Shown here: positions 37,804-49,821 of the stretch, piece after piece
How positions within the stretch are numbered: position 1 is the first letter of the stretch
How the letters are laid out: every line of letters begins with the position of its first letter
Assembly (NCBI GenBank): GCA_030704615.1
Contig: CM060733.1
Coordinates: 36,022,001 to 36,086,000 of the forward strand
Direction: 5' to 3'
From: Takakia lepidozioides
Lineage: Eukaryota; Plantae; Bryophyta
Length of the DNA: 64,000 nt
Notes under the pieces: generated by a model
Databases searched by the model: none
Told to the model about the DNA's origin: nothing
Seen by the model: the letters and a program-made list of their open reading frames with translations, nothing else
Position numbers and translations under genes: made by a program

Positions 37804-37975
37804 AACAACCAACATGTAACCCAGTGGTAAGGGCATATACCCTCTTACAAGTGGTTGTGGGTTCAAACAACCTGTTGGTTGTTACAAAGGTGTCCACCTT
37901 CAGTAGCCCTTCGAGGTCAAGTGACACCATAAATTATGCTTGCTTCGGCAACCGGTCCACCTTTTTTGTTTCTTT
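37804..37975 (+). ncRNA. tRNA-Lys-derived Pol III unit / SINE-like RNA, copy 3 (diverged)
   Basis: Same head, shorter body, ttgcttcggcaa hairpin, T6 at 37962-37967. Confidence 0.55.
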
Positions 37976-38510
37976 GTAGAGGCCACTGGAGGTAATAAAC
38001 ATGACTTGACGTGGCAGGTAAGTGGCACTGCATTCAATTTGCGGTGCTCGGTCGCCGAGCTCCATCCCATTTTATCGGGGTGCGCTACAAACGCGCTATC
38101 TGGCGACATGGAAGCGATATGTGTACCCGGCCATTTTTGTCTGTTTCCTCCCTTAAATGGTGGGCCGGGTACATGGAAGGCCGCTCTCAGTGGGGCCGGG
38201 CGGAGTGGGGGCTGGGGGGATGTACCTGTCAGTTCACACGTGCGCCATCAAATGAAGCCACATCCACCATATTGGGACCGCAAGGGTTGAAAGAGAATTA
38301 CGACCAAAATACTCACTTTGTTGCCTAGTGAGCAGGTGCTCTCTCAGGCTCTGTCTCTCTGGGAGAAGATCTCTCCAATACACAAGAGAAGAGCTGGCGA
38401 TCGCAAAGGGATTTGTGGGTAGGCCGGGGCTGAGCCTGCTGCCGTCCTTCGTCTCACGCAGATTTCGTGGTGGCTTCGTGAGAGGTTTGCGTAAGCTCAA
38501 CCTGCACACC

Positions 38511-40215
38511 ATGGCATCTGTGTCCACAACAGGCACTGGTGTTGCTGATGATGCAGTGGTTGCTCCCCGAACTTCATCGTTGCCGCAGGTACACCCTTCT
38601 CCTGCTGTTTAACCTGCTTTCATTTTCTAGTTCTTTGGTACAGTAGGCATAGTTCTGGCAGATCAGAAAGAGAGGGACAGAAAGGGCGAGCAGCGGGAGG
38701 ATTTAGTCTTCAGACCGAAGTGATTACTTTTTTGTCTGTTTATCTCACAGATTGCACACCAAGATAGAGAAAAAGCGCTTTTGATTTCTGCTGAAGCAGA
38801 GTACTGTCCATCCTTCTCACAATTAGGGCAGATTTTTAGCCCTGCTGGGTCAATTTACTGTGGACAGCTAGGCAGCCTCCTCTCGATTTGAACTTCAGCC
38901 TGTGCCCGAAGTGGAAAGAGCCTCGGTTAACATGGATCTGACATTGAAAAATATGAGAAAAGAAATAAATTGTGGCAAAGACGAGAAATGTGAAAGCAGA
39001 AGGTGTATCGTTTTTCTGAGTTGTGAAGGTGATTGTTGCATGCAGGTCTCAAAACGCCTAGAGAAGTTTAAGACCACCATATTCACAGAGATTAGCATGC
39101 TGTCCAGCAAGCACCACGCCATCAACCTGGGCCAGGGATTCCCCAACTTTGACGGCCCTGATTTTGTCAAGGATGCAGCTATACGTGCAATTCAGGATGG
39201 TGACAAGAACCAATATGCCCGGGGGTTCGGCGTTCCGCAGCTCAATGCTGCAATTGCAGATAATTTTCAGAAGCTAACTGGGATAATTGTCAACCCGGAG
39301 ACAGAAGTCACTGTCACATCAGGGTGTACAGAGGCGATTGCAGCCACCATGCTTGGTCTGATCAATCCTGGTGATGAGGTCATTTTGTTTGCTCCCTTTT
39401 ATGATTCATACCAGGCAACTTTGTCCATGGCTGATGCCACAATCAAGACAGTCATATTACGGGCTCCAGATTTTGCTGTGCCTGAAAAGGAGCTTCGGGA
39501 GGCTTTTTCAAAGAAGACACGTGCGATACTTGTTAACACTCCACACAATCCAACTGGGAAGGTGTTTTCGCAGAAGGAGTTGGATCTGATTGCGTCATTG
39601 TGTAAGGAAAATGATGCTCTTGCCTTCACTGATGAAGTCTATAACAAGCTGGTGTTCAAAGGGGAGCACATTTCTCTGGCTTCACTGGAAGGGATGTACG
39701 AGAGAACCGTGACAATGAATTCCTTGGGAAAGACCTTCTCCTTGACTGGCTGGAAGATTGGGTGGGCAGTGGCCCCCCCTCATCTCACTTGGGGATTGCG
39801 CCAAGCACATTCTTATCTGACTTTTTCAACGGCAGCTCCCTTGCAATGGGGTGCTTTGGCTGCACTACGAGCACCTGAGTCATATTATGAAAATTTGATC
39901 AAAGATTATAGCACCAAGAAGGATATTCTTGTTGAGGGTCTGAAGAGTGTAGGCTTCACAGTCTATGAGCCCCAGGGAACATACTTTGTGATGGTAGATC
40001 ACACTGCATTTGGCTATGAGAATGATGTTTCATTTTGCAGGCATTTGATAGAGGATGTGGGAGTGGCCGCAATTCCTCCGAGTGTGTTTTATGAAGATCC
40101 AAAGGATGGTAAGGATCTTGTAAGGTTTGCATTCTGTAAGGATGAGCAGACACTCAGGGCAGCTGTTGAAAGGCTGAAGGCCAATCTGAAGATGCCAGCA
40201 GGCATTATTAGTTGA
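38511..40215 (+). CDS. class I/II PLP aminotransferase (kynurenine/glutamine transaminase K-like, At1g77670 family), ~415 aa
   Basis: Exons 38511-38588 and 39046-40215. Motifs: AINLGQGFPNFDGP, NTPHNPTGK, TDEVY, SLGKTFSLTGWKIGW (PLP lysine), VRFAFCK. Confidence 0.95.
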
Positions 40216-42402
40216 AGGTCCATTATTCAGTAACAGCCATCTGATGAGGTCAATCTTCTAAGCCTTACGGGATGAATTAGTGCCTCTGCTACCAGAAGAG
40301 AGAGACTGAGTGAGAGAAAGAGGGAGGAGAAAGAAATGATCATGTTTGCGGCACAAGTGTAGAGAAAGAGAGTATTACATATTGTTGCTGGCACTTGTCT
40401 CTGCCCTTTCCCACCTGCTAGAATGACAACCAATTAGATGCCTCTGAAGTTTGAAATGCTCCTAAGCCGTGCAGCTATGTCTGTTCCATCTGTGATAGCT
40501 AGGGGGCAACATTAACCATCGTGCTCAGAATGCTTGCACCTCCCAAACTTGAAGCAGTTAAAAACAAGTGCAAGTTTCTTTTCACAGTGACTTACATGGC
40601 ACATCTGCATGACACGAGGGTTAGCAAATGACAGGAATGTTCAGATGTATCACTCCTAGTTCTCATTAAGTACAACATGTAGTTACATTCATGACCCTTG
40701 TTGTGATCATGACAAGCTGTCACCAGCCTGAGGATAAACTTCAAGAGTATTTCCCAAATGATGTAGATAGTACACAGTACAAAACCCACTGTGTAAGGAG
40801 GGCTTTACAACAACTATTACTTCTTTTCTCTTGAACTATCAAGAATTACGTTTCTTCCCCCCATTGACAATCCACTCGCTCTGTTGCTCTCGTGTTCCTC
40901 TTCTATCTTCTCTCCCTCACTCCATCTCCCAACCAAAGATAGAAGTCCAACTGTCATGACTCATCCTTTTCCATCCAGATCTCCACCAGTGTACTATATG
41001 CCTGCAGTAGTATAACTGCAGCATAGTCAGAAACTTGAGATTGTATAAGGTTAGAACATACTCTATCGTTTTCCCAAGTGTTTTCTTAAGTCTTTGTTGA
41101 CTAGACATCTAGTGACACATGGAGATATTTCCTTCTTGTACACCATACTGCTGCTGGTGACAAGTAGCAGAAATTTAACAAAGAACCACAAGAAACAAAT
41201 ATAGAACCAAAGAAACCAAGAACTACTGAAAGCTCAAGCATTGCACAACAGAGGAATACCTCATGCAGGGATCTACTCATCCTGGATATGACAAACCCAC
41301 GAGGCAGTGCTGAACATCAAAAGTGGAGAGAGGGGAGGGTGCAATGACAAACAACTTAGTAACAAAGTCAAGAGATTCAACAATCAAATGGCTGACAGAA
41401 GGGTGGTCCCTTGAGAGGCCCACATCCAGTCCATTTCACAACTTGCTTCTTTGCATTCATCCAAATGGCCTCAAGTCCCGCAAGAAAGCATGTCTTCGGA
41501 AATGGCCATATCCTCAACCATCTACATACTCTATGCCACATATGTTTGCTTTCATCTTGACACTGGCAACAGATTCTCCACCCACTGAGGGTCTCCAGGA
41601 GATTGGTGATTTCACGATGGTGTATAGTCCCTTTCCAGACAAATGTAACTTAGCCTGATTAAAGCTCTTGTCATTTTAACTTAAGAGAAGTATGGACCAC
41701 TCCACCCAGCTCTGGCCAATTTAGAAGCCACATTACAAAGCAATTCCCCATAAAGGAACCTCGTCATTGCCTGCTTTCAAGGTTCCGTTGAACCCACCCT
41801 CCGTGAGCCCCAGTTAGTCGAACAAAAACACCACTCCCCTCCAATACGGGACAAAACAGCCCCCAAAGTGACAGAAAGTGGCTGTCATTGTGATTGCCAA
41901 GGCACACATCCAACCATTTGTTTCTCAGAATGCCCAAGAAAGGGGACTCAATGGCTTTGCAAGCAAAGTGTCTTGTAGCACACCCTAATCAAACCTTCTC
42001 TTACCACTAGATCCTCAACCAGTGCAACCCATTAGAAATATAGATACAATCTTTAGCACCGTAGGTGCTGGCTCTCTTGCAAGCTCCAATGCTTCCAGAG
42101 CTCATGTCCTGTCATGCTGATAGAGCTTCCTACATTCAAGTGTACTCGCCCTGCAACCATGCACAGCTGTCCTTACGCTTGATTCCTTCGACGTCCAGGA
42201 CCCAGCCATTCTGTGAAGGCAGGGGACAACCTTGCTTAGACAGCGAATTCATACTACAGATGTCGTGAAATTATCCTAAGCTGCATAAACATTAAGGGCG
42301 GACACTAGACTGTTATCGAAACGGTTGAACTTACCCAGAATTTGGTTCTACATGAGGACATAGCTTCTAGATGATGAATGAACGCTGCTGCAAGTACATG
42401 TA

Positions 42403-42881
42403 CATGTAAGGAAGTTTTACTAGAGCTGCGTTGCGCACATTCTCATGATCAGGTCACTGCATGTGTCATGAGTCAATTAGAAATACTCGTCGGTCTGACT
42501 CCATCAGTCACGAGATAGATCTTCTAACGGGTGGATCCAATCTCCTCCAGGAATCTGTTTCTGATATTTCTTGTAATTTAAAAGCTCGGGCTCGATGGGC
42601 TCCAAACCTGGCAAATCATGCATGTGAATCTGCTCAGCCATCATGTAAGGAAGTTCTACTAGAGCTGCGTTGCGCACATTCTCATGATCAGGTCACTGCA
42701 TGTGTCATGAGTCAATTAGAAATACTCGTCGGTCTGACTCCATCAGTCACGAGATAGATCTTCTAACGGGTGGATCCAATCTCCTCCAGGAATCTGTTTC
42801 TGATATTTCTTGTAATTTAAAAGCTCGGGCTCGATGGGCTCCAAACCTGGCAAATCATGCATGTGAATCTGCTCAGCCATC
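42403..42881. repeat. 239-bp near-perfect tandem duplication
   Basis: Copies start at 42403 and 42642; one visible mismatch (gttttac/gttctac). Confidence 0.95.
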
Positions 42882-43283
42882 CTGGGTTATAACACTAATC
42901 CTCAGGAGTAATGTCACAGCTTCTCCACGCCAGATCAGAATTAGGAAAACTTCCTAACCAAATTCTCTGGTCCACCAGCCTCTACATGCATTCATGCTTT
43001 ACCTTTCTTCTCCAACCACATCAACTCCTGCAGGTTGAATTCCAGCTCTACGCCTGGCACAGACTTAGTAGAACGTTTTCATGCGCAAAACCATCGTTTC
43101 CATCCATCGTGGCGATGACGTGGATGTATCGAGTACCGATGTCAACTGTTTTCATTTATGTTCTATCCATCTCCTTAAGTCTGCCCTCCTCTCTCACTTC
43201 TGTCACTGAAGGAATAATCCTGTCTTCTCTGGGGTTTCTTCTTCAGTGATTGTGGCCGTGTTGTCACAGGACACACTGGAAGA

Positions 43284-43393
43284 ATGGGTTCCCCGGCTAC
43301 GACGGAACGTGGATCGGTGGCAGCTGTGGAGGGCGTAGCGGAGAGGAGCAGTCAGATGTCGCGCACCCAATTCCAGCTTTGGAAGCAGCAGAA

Positions 43394-43424
<31 letters not shown>

Positions 43425-44574
43425 GCTGAGCCAAAGGCTCAGGCCCTTTTGGGGTCTAGTTACTGGAAAATCACACACAGCAGATTGATGTTTGTGTGAA
43501 GGGATTTCTAAGAGGATATCTGGAAAACTCGGATCAATTGTTGTTTCAAGGTAAGTCATCCTACCGGCGTCAGCCCCTGACAAAGGTAGTTTCTGTCTCT
43601 GTTCCGCTCAAACTGGGCGCGGGGTCAATGGCCACAAGGCTACGGAAAACAACGTCTAATGAGTACATTCTATCTCTCTCTTTGACGACGTTACTTATTT
43701 TTTCAGGATGGCATTTGAGTTTCAGATTTTGTGGATTGCGGTGAGGAATCTGTTGTCGAATTTGTCTTTCTGTCTGCGTTCCTGTCTCTCAAGATCTCAT
43801 TGTTGATTAAAGGAGATGAATATGAGATGAATCCTGCTAGAAGTCACGTTAAATGATTGAATAAGAGGGAAAAACTGTGGGATTGGTTTATCTCACCAAG
43901 GCGTGACCGTTCGAGAGCATGGGCAGTTGTGTCTGAAACCTTGAATCACCCAAGAAGAACTCACTCTCCGGTTGGTTTCAACGGTGGACACGATTTAATT
44001 GTAGCAGTGATTGATCTGGCAAATTGGGATGGATTAAGAGGCGAGCTGATAAGCGTTTAGAACGAGGAAGCAGTAATTTGCCTGGTACGAGACCTGCAAG
44101 CAGAGCAACTGGACCTCACAGTTGGCCCCGTTCAACACTTGCGAGATTCTTGACAAAATTAGGTCTTCCCGTGGCAACTGCTGGGAGGAAGGTGCTGCAA
44201 CATCTTCACTGTAAGTGGCGTCAAAGTCAACATGTTTTTGGTGGTCGAACAACTAGCAAGCGGACGGGACACAGTACTTGCTTATGACTGCTCCAGTTTG
44301 GCAGAGACTTGGGATTGGAGATCCCTTCTCTTGAACGATCATATATGCCTCTATCATTTGTTGAAGTTATGTGAACTCCCAAGAATTTGGCATGCGAACT
44401 TTAATCACTGTGAAACTGTGTGCTTGCCCACTCTAGGATGCTGAAGCAGCAGCTAAAGCAGCAGAGGCTGCTCGGAAGAGGGCAGAGGACATTGCTGCAG
44501 GGCGGATGCGCATGAATGGTAGGGAGCTGTATCAGCATGAGCCATGGGTGTTTGATGATGCTCGTTTTGAGTAG
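43284..44574 (+). CDS. small DFRP_C-like (ZC3H15/Tma46 C-terminal-like) protein, 82 aa, 2 exons
   Basis: Exons 43284-43394 and 44437-44574 give ...MSRTQFQLWKQQK|DAEAAAKAAEAARKRAEDIAAGRMRMNGRELYQHEPWVFDDARFE*, with the F..WK and (S/N)GREL motifs. Confidence 0.8.
43425..43680 (+). mobile_element. (CT)n-associated element, copy 4, apparently full length
   Basis: Lies between (CT)13 at 43399-43424 and tctctctc at ~43673-43680; reverse-complement homolog of 11685-11883. Confidence 0.8.
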
Positions 44575-45589
44575 ATTTTGAATTGAGGATGGTGTCACTT
44601 TTATGACCCTAATTTCAAGAGGGAACCTGAGGGTCTTGCAGAGAGTGAGAGAAAGAAAAGATCTGAAGATAATGTATAGTTAGTTGATGTGATAATGACA
44701 GTAGTTTAGGGGAAGATTGTCCCCTCAGGAGCATATAGTAGGTTCTTAGTTGCAATGGCATCTCCCTGTCTGTCTATGTCTGGTCTGTGACTGTACCAGA
44801 AGGGTGACCCTGAGGAAGCCTGCATGGCTGGTGTGATACATCAGCTCATCTGCACTTGGGTGCACTGTATTAGAGTAACAGGTTATGTGTACTTGGTCCC
44901 CAAGTGTGTGGCGCACATCCACAAACCAGCCATATCTCTCTCCAAGCTGATTTCTTCCCATAGTGCTGCTTTAGCCCCAGTTTGGCTGCAGTTGTGACAG
45001 TAGCAAGCATACTGTATCGTCGTTCAGTATATTTTCATAACAGGAGGACCGGCATGAAGTTCAATTCCTGAACATGGATCATTTCATTTGTTTGTTTTGG
45101 ACTCCCAGTGCAAAAATCACAGCTTTTTTTTAATAAAGAAAAGTTCCTTGTACAGTAGGTTGGCTGTATACCAATATGGAGTCTGAAGTGATACCTTTAA
45201 AACCCCAAGTCTTGGTTTCAAGTGAAGGTGCTAGATGCAGGGTACAATGTGCAGATGACTTTGAAGGTGTGGAATCTGTAGATGGCCTCAAAGCTATGTA
45301 AATACTGCCTTTAGGGGCATAGTCACAGAATGGAAAGGACCTCTCATGAAGTACCATATCACCCCTTCTCTTTTCTGGCTTTTCCTATTTTGTAGATAAT
45401 GGGAAACCTGAATCCTGGGTACTGAACAGACACAGAAGATGAAGTACAGACAAAAGAGCAAAAGATGACATCGCCCTTGAGCAGAGTTATGACTTCATTG
45501 CATATGATTTATTATATATGGTTCAATGTACTTACACTGCAATAACAAACTGTTTGCAAATAATTTGTTTGCAGTTTGTTCCTTCCAAA

Positions 45590-46330
45590 GCTTCAAAGTG
45601 CGAATTCGGGGTCACAAAAGTGGAGTTCCTAGAGCATGTGATTACACAGGATGAGATCAAAATGGACGACAGAAAGGTGAGGGCGATCTTGGACTGGGAG
45701 CCCCCGACTTCGGTCCCGGGAGTGTGATCCTTCTTAGGACTCGCCTCCTATTACCGAAAATATGTGAGAAATTTTGCCAAGATCGCGGGGCCTCTGTCGG
45801 ACCTTCTGTGTAAATCCAAAGTCTGGGTACGGAACATCTTTTGTGGCCAAGCTTTTGCTGAGTTGAAGCAGCGGATGGCGGAAGCTCCAGTCCTAAAAAT
45901 CCCGGAGTTCGACCGCCCATTTGAGATTCATACGGATGCGTCGGACTTCGCAATTGAGGTTGTGCTCATGCAGGATGGACGTCCAGTGACTTACAAAAGT
46001 AAAAAACTGAATGAAATGGAGCGAAGGTGGCCTACGCACGAGAAAGAAATGAAGGCGGTGGTGCATTGCCTTGAGCTTTGGCGCCACTATGTTGGTTCCA
46101 GCCCGGTGAAGGTGTTCACGGACAATGTCACAGTGAAGTATTTTGCCAGTATTTTGCCACGCAGCCTAAGTTGTCCCCAAAACAACTTAGGTGGCAAGAC
46201 ACTTTGGCAGTGTTCGACGCGGATATCCAGTAAAACCGAGACGGGACAATGTGGTGGCCGATGCTTTAAGTAGAAAGCAGCACCTCATGTTGGTGTACAG
46301 GGGCGAGACGACGATCTAAAAGAAGACCCG
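45590..46330 (+). mobile_element. Ty3/gypsy pol remnant (RT C-terminus and RNase H)
   Basis: SKCEFG..VEFLEHVI, V*SFLGLASYYRKYVRNFAKIAGPL, FEIHTDASDFAI, EKEMKAVVHCL..WRHY, VFTDN; contains a stop and frameshifts. Confidence 0.93.
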
Positions 46331-46793
46331 GAAGGCTTGCAGATGCAATTGAGAATGTGCCCCCTGAAGATAATATGCAGAAGAGTAATCAAATAAGAGT
46401 GTGTGATCAGGTGGGTGTCAAGAAATGCATACATCTGAAACGCAGGAACCCAAATTCGGACATGAACCATGGCTTCATCAAAGTAAAACACAAGGTTTAA
46501 AATGAATGGAAAAGCTATTTGGGTCTTGTACAAAGCTTTACAGAGACAGTCCATGTTGATGAGTATGGTTGTTTTTGAGTGGCTGGCCGGTGGCGGTAGG
46601 TAGGTACTAGTCAAAAAGTCAAAAGTTACTTCTTTCATTCTGACAAGCAATTGGGACTTGAGAATAAAAGCTGTATATGTCTGACCATGACAATAGGATT
46701 GACCCTTACTAGTGGAGGACGATATCCTTGCCATTCAGATTGAAATTCCATGGATCTATGGACTCCCGCTGCTTAAAGATAGAGGGTTCTTTC

Positions 46794-47221
46794 CAGTGTT
46801 GGGAGGTTCTTTGATTCGGCTACAAACCCCCGGAGGTTATCAAGAAGGTTATATGGATATATAACCGTGGTTCTCAAAAATACAAAGAACCGGCAAAAAA
46901 TCATAACCGCCGGTTACGTAGTTTTGAGATAACCAGCCTGAAAACCGTCAAAGATCCGCCAAAGACGGACTGGGTGAGGTGGGTGCGGACCTTGTGCCAT
47001 CATCAGTGAATTAGTGAATAATATATTATATATATGATATCAGTGAATTAGTGAGGCAAGTTATTTGATGAAAACCGCCGGGTTCTTACAATTAACCGGA
47101 ACCGGTGGTTCTTTCCATTAAAAAAAAAAAAAAAACCGGAACCGGAGGATCTTTGATCCTAAGATTTTGTAGAAACTGGATCAGGAGGTTTTGAAGGAAA
47201 TCAAATAACCGCCCAACACTG
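46794..47221. mobile_element. hAT-type MITE, 428 bp
   Basis: TIR cagtgttgggaggttctttgatt / aatcaaataaccgcccaacactg; 8-bp TSD gttctttc/cttctttc; subterminal AACCG motifs. Confidence 0.88.
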
Positions 47222-47498
47222 CTTCTTTCATTCTTTCCCGCAGTTGATGGCTAAGATCTCTTGAAGATTTGGGTCGAGGGCTCAAATCCCTAGAACTAGA
47301 ATAAAAGAAATGAATTTAGAAAAGAAAAGATGATAGGGCGCAAGATCCCGGGGTTGGGACCTTACGCCTAAGATCCCCCCAGGGAAAGAAGTTCATAAAG
47401 CTAAAACCCTAAAACTTCCCCACTTTCCCACAATAGTCAAAACTCCCAATTCCAACGTTGAAATGACCCCCAATTTTTTGAGTGCCTGCAAGTGCACC

Positions 47499-47956
47499 CA
47501 CGTGTACAGTTCAAAGATGTAAAAAGATGCACTATACCGACAGTTACCACGTCTTCAATGGAATGTGTAGATTCCAACTCTCGTAGTAAAAATAAGTGGA
47601 CAATATGAATAGCTTAAGAACTTACTATAGGCAGACGAGTAGGCCAGTTGTCAGCATGTCAAATCGTCCCCACCCCGCCAGCCAGTCACTCTGAGTCTTG
47701 TGTACAGACTCATACTTTGACCATGAACCTACCTACCGACAGTGAGCCCTAGTAAAGCCTACATACCGACACCAAGGCCTACTACTGCCCGCCCATCCGT
47801 AGCTACCTTGGACTGTTGACCCTATGTACTGCTCTACTCAAACCTCCAACTTTTTCCTAATTGTTTTTGAATTTAAAATAAAATAAAAAAGCCCTTTAAA
47901 AAAAAACAAAGAGCTGTGCGGATAAAAGCTGTCGGGATCGTCTCTTGAGAGCCGAC
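47499..47956 (+). promoter_or_regulatory. DRE/CRT plus G-box cluster upstream of the DUF2921 gene
   Basis: CACGTG at 47499; ACCGAC at 47536, 47735 and 47765; GCCGAC at 47951. Confidence 0.4.
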
Positions 47957-48040
47957 AACTTCGAGCTTCGCAATCCACACCAGCTTTCCCACACATCCGA
48001 GCTTTGATTCTGCGTTTTTAATCCCAGCTTTGATTCTGCG

Positions 48041-49821
48041 ATGGCGAGGTTAAGCATGTCGATGCAATGGGGCCTAGCAATTCGGCTCTTGATGGTGTGT
48101 GCATTCCACCACTTGGGCAATTCGTCCCGTCTGTATGAGCTGCCAACAGTTGCATTGGAAAGGCCGATGACTATAATCAAGTTGGAACGTCTGTATCATG
48201 TGTGGATGCTGAGAGCGGCAACGAATTTCAAGTACAATGACACCAAATTGTCGCAGGCGATGGAGCTTGCAGAGAAGGACAAGAGCAACGAATCTGTCTC
48301 GGAAAATGGAGCGGGGTTGAAGTTTCCCAGCTATCCGAAAGGAGGGAAGTGCGATTATTCGTTGGAGTATAATCTGGATCTATATGTGAGGGATCGTCTG
48401 CAGATTCTGTGGATTGATGTCATTGACATTGAGGATTGTGGCGGGACTCTCCTTAAATCCCACTCTTATCAGCGGACGATGGCAGTCCCCCAACCCGCGG
48501 CTCAAACAGATTCCCAATCAGACTCCCATGACCCGTTTTCTAAAGTAGTTGTGAGCATCGGGGGTGCTCCTGGCTTTGACTTCTTTGGGGAAGGCGTGTA
48601 CTCTTCAGTTACAGGGCGGATGCATTTGGTTGGTTGTTTGAGGAATCAGGAACCTGCATACCTGGGAAAAGCTGATGAGGGGGGTCCCTCCCTGAACGAG
48701 ACTTGGGAGAGTGAGGTCATTGAAGGTGACTGCCATGTCTCTGCCACGGTACAGTATCCTCCTCTCAATCCGTTCTGGGTGAGACAGCGCAAGCTGAAGC
48801 TGATTCTCCAAAGCAGCCGTGAGGAAAACGATGCTCTCTATTTCAAACCTCGAGAGAAGATTATTTCCGTTGGGCGTAAAGAACAGACAACGTTTCAGTC
48901 GCAAGAGTTGCTGTATGGATTGTTGCTGTGTGGATTGTCGCCGTACTGTGCATCATAGGGCAGATTGAGCATGGGAGAAGAAACAAGGATGCGCTGCCAT
49001 ACGTGTCGCTGAGCATGCTCACCCTTCAGATTCTAAACTACTTGAGTTACTCGCCCATGTTTTCACGCATGGATCACTTAAGTGTTTTCGAAAGGGAGCT
49101 CAGATTCACATACGATTCCACATTCTCGGTTCCCGCAGACTTCTCAAACGGGCCATTTGCACTAGCAGCAGTGCTTTTATGTGTGTGGATAGGTCATAAG
49201 GTGGGGGATGCCAGGAGAATTATGAGCCTGAGAGTGCGGCGGGGCCGACTAGGGGCAATACCCCCCCCAAGCGATTGGATAGTCACATCTACAAGCCTTG
49301 CCATCTATGCTTTCATCATTCCCGTGTTATTCTTCAGCCTTAGTCTTGGGGAATATCCTTCCTTGTGGTACGGGGAACTGATTGCATCCAGTAGGGTGCA
49401 GGAGTTTGGGGCCAGGCTCTTCGTGGACCTGTTCCTAGTGCCACAGGTAGTTGGAAACTATGTGTGGAACATTCACAGTCGCCCATTGAGTCGTGGTTTC
49501 TATGCTGGAATTTCGCTACTCCGGTTGCTGCCATACCTGTACCGGATATCCCAGCATCTCGAATTGCTGCCAATCTTCGAAGTAATGGACACATTGTACT
49601 TAAGTCCAACACAAGAAAGAGTAGACTTCGCCTCATCTCGATACGACATTGCAATAGCATCGTGCATGGGGCTGCTTGCAGTTACCATCTACCTTCAGCA
49701 ACAATGGGGTGGCCGGTTTGGTTCTCTTCTACCCACATCTCCTCCTCACCCTGTCAAACCACAACTGGACAATCCTGACCCATCAAACAAGTATTTCGGA
49801 GGAGAAGACGAGCTCCTTTGA
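48041..49821 (+). pseudogene. DUF2921-family multi-pass membrane protein, intronless, one frameshift near 48930
   Basis: ORF 48041-48958 (signal peptide, EGVYSSVTGRMHLVGC, CHVSATVQYPP) and ORF 48928-49821 (LPYVSLSMLTLQ, DLFLVPQVVGN, FYAGISLLRLLPYLY, IYLQQQWGG) overlap in different frames. Confidence 0.75.

Larger units (their letters stand above)
37068..37955. repeat. 368-bp tandem duplication (2 near-identical copies plus a diverged partial third)
   Basis: Units start at 37068, 37436 and 37804; ORF-track peptides recur at a 368-nt offset. Confidence 0.95.

Noticed and set aside
36743-37955. CRISPR-like repeat array
   Set aside because: Repeats are long tandem units with no unique spacers, in eukaryotic DNA with no cas genes.
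38902-39045. N-terminus of the 437-aa aminotransferase ORF
   Set aside because: Intronic; the acceptor is at 39045 and the real exon 1 is upstream.
41150-42050. Possible decayed retroelement downstream of the aminotransferase
   Set aside because: No recognisable motif in the frames I read.
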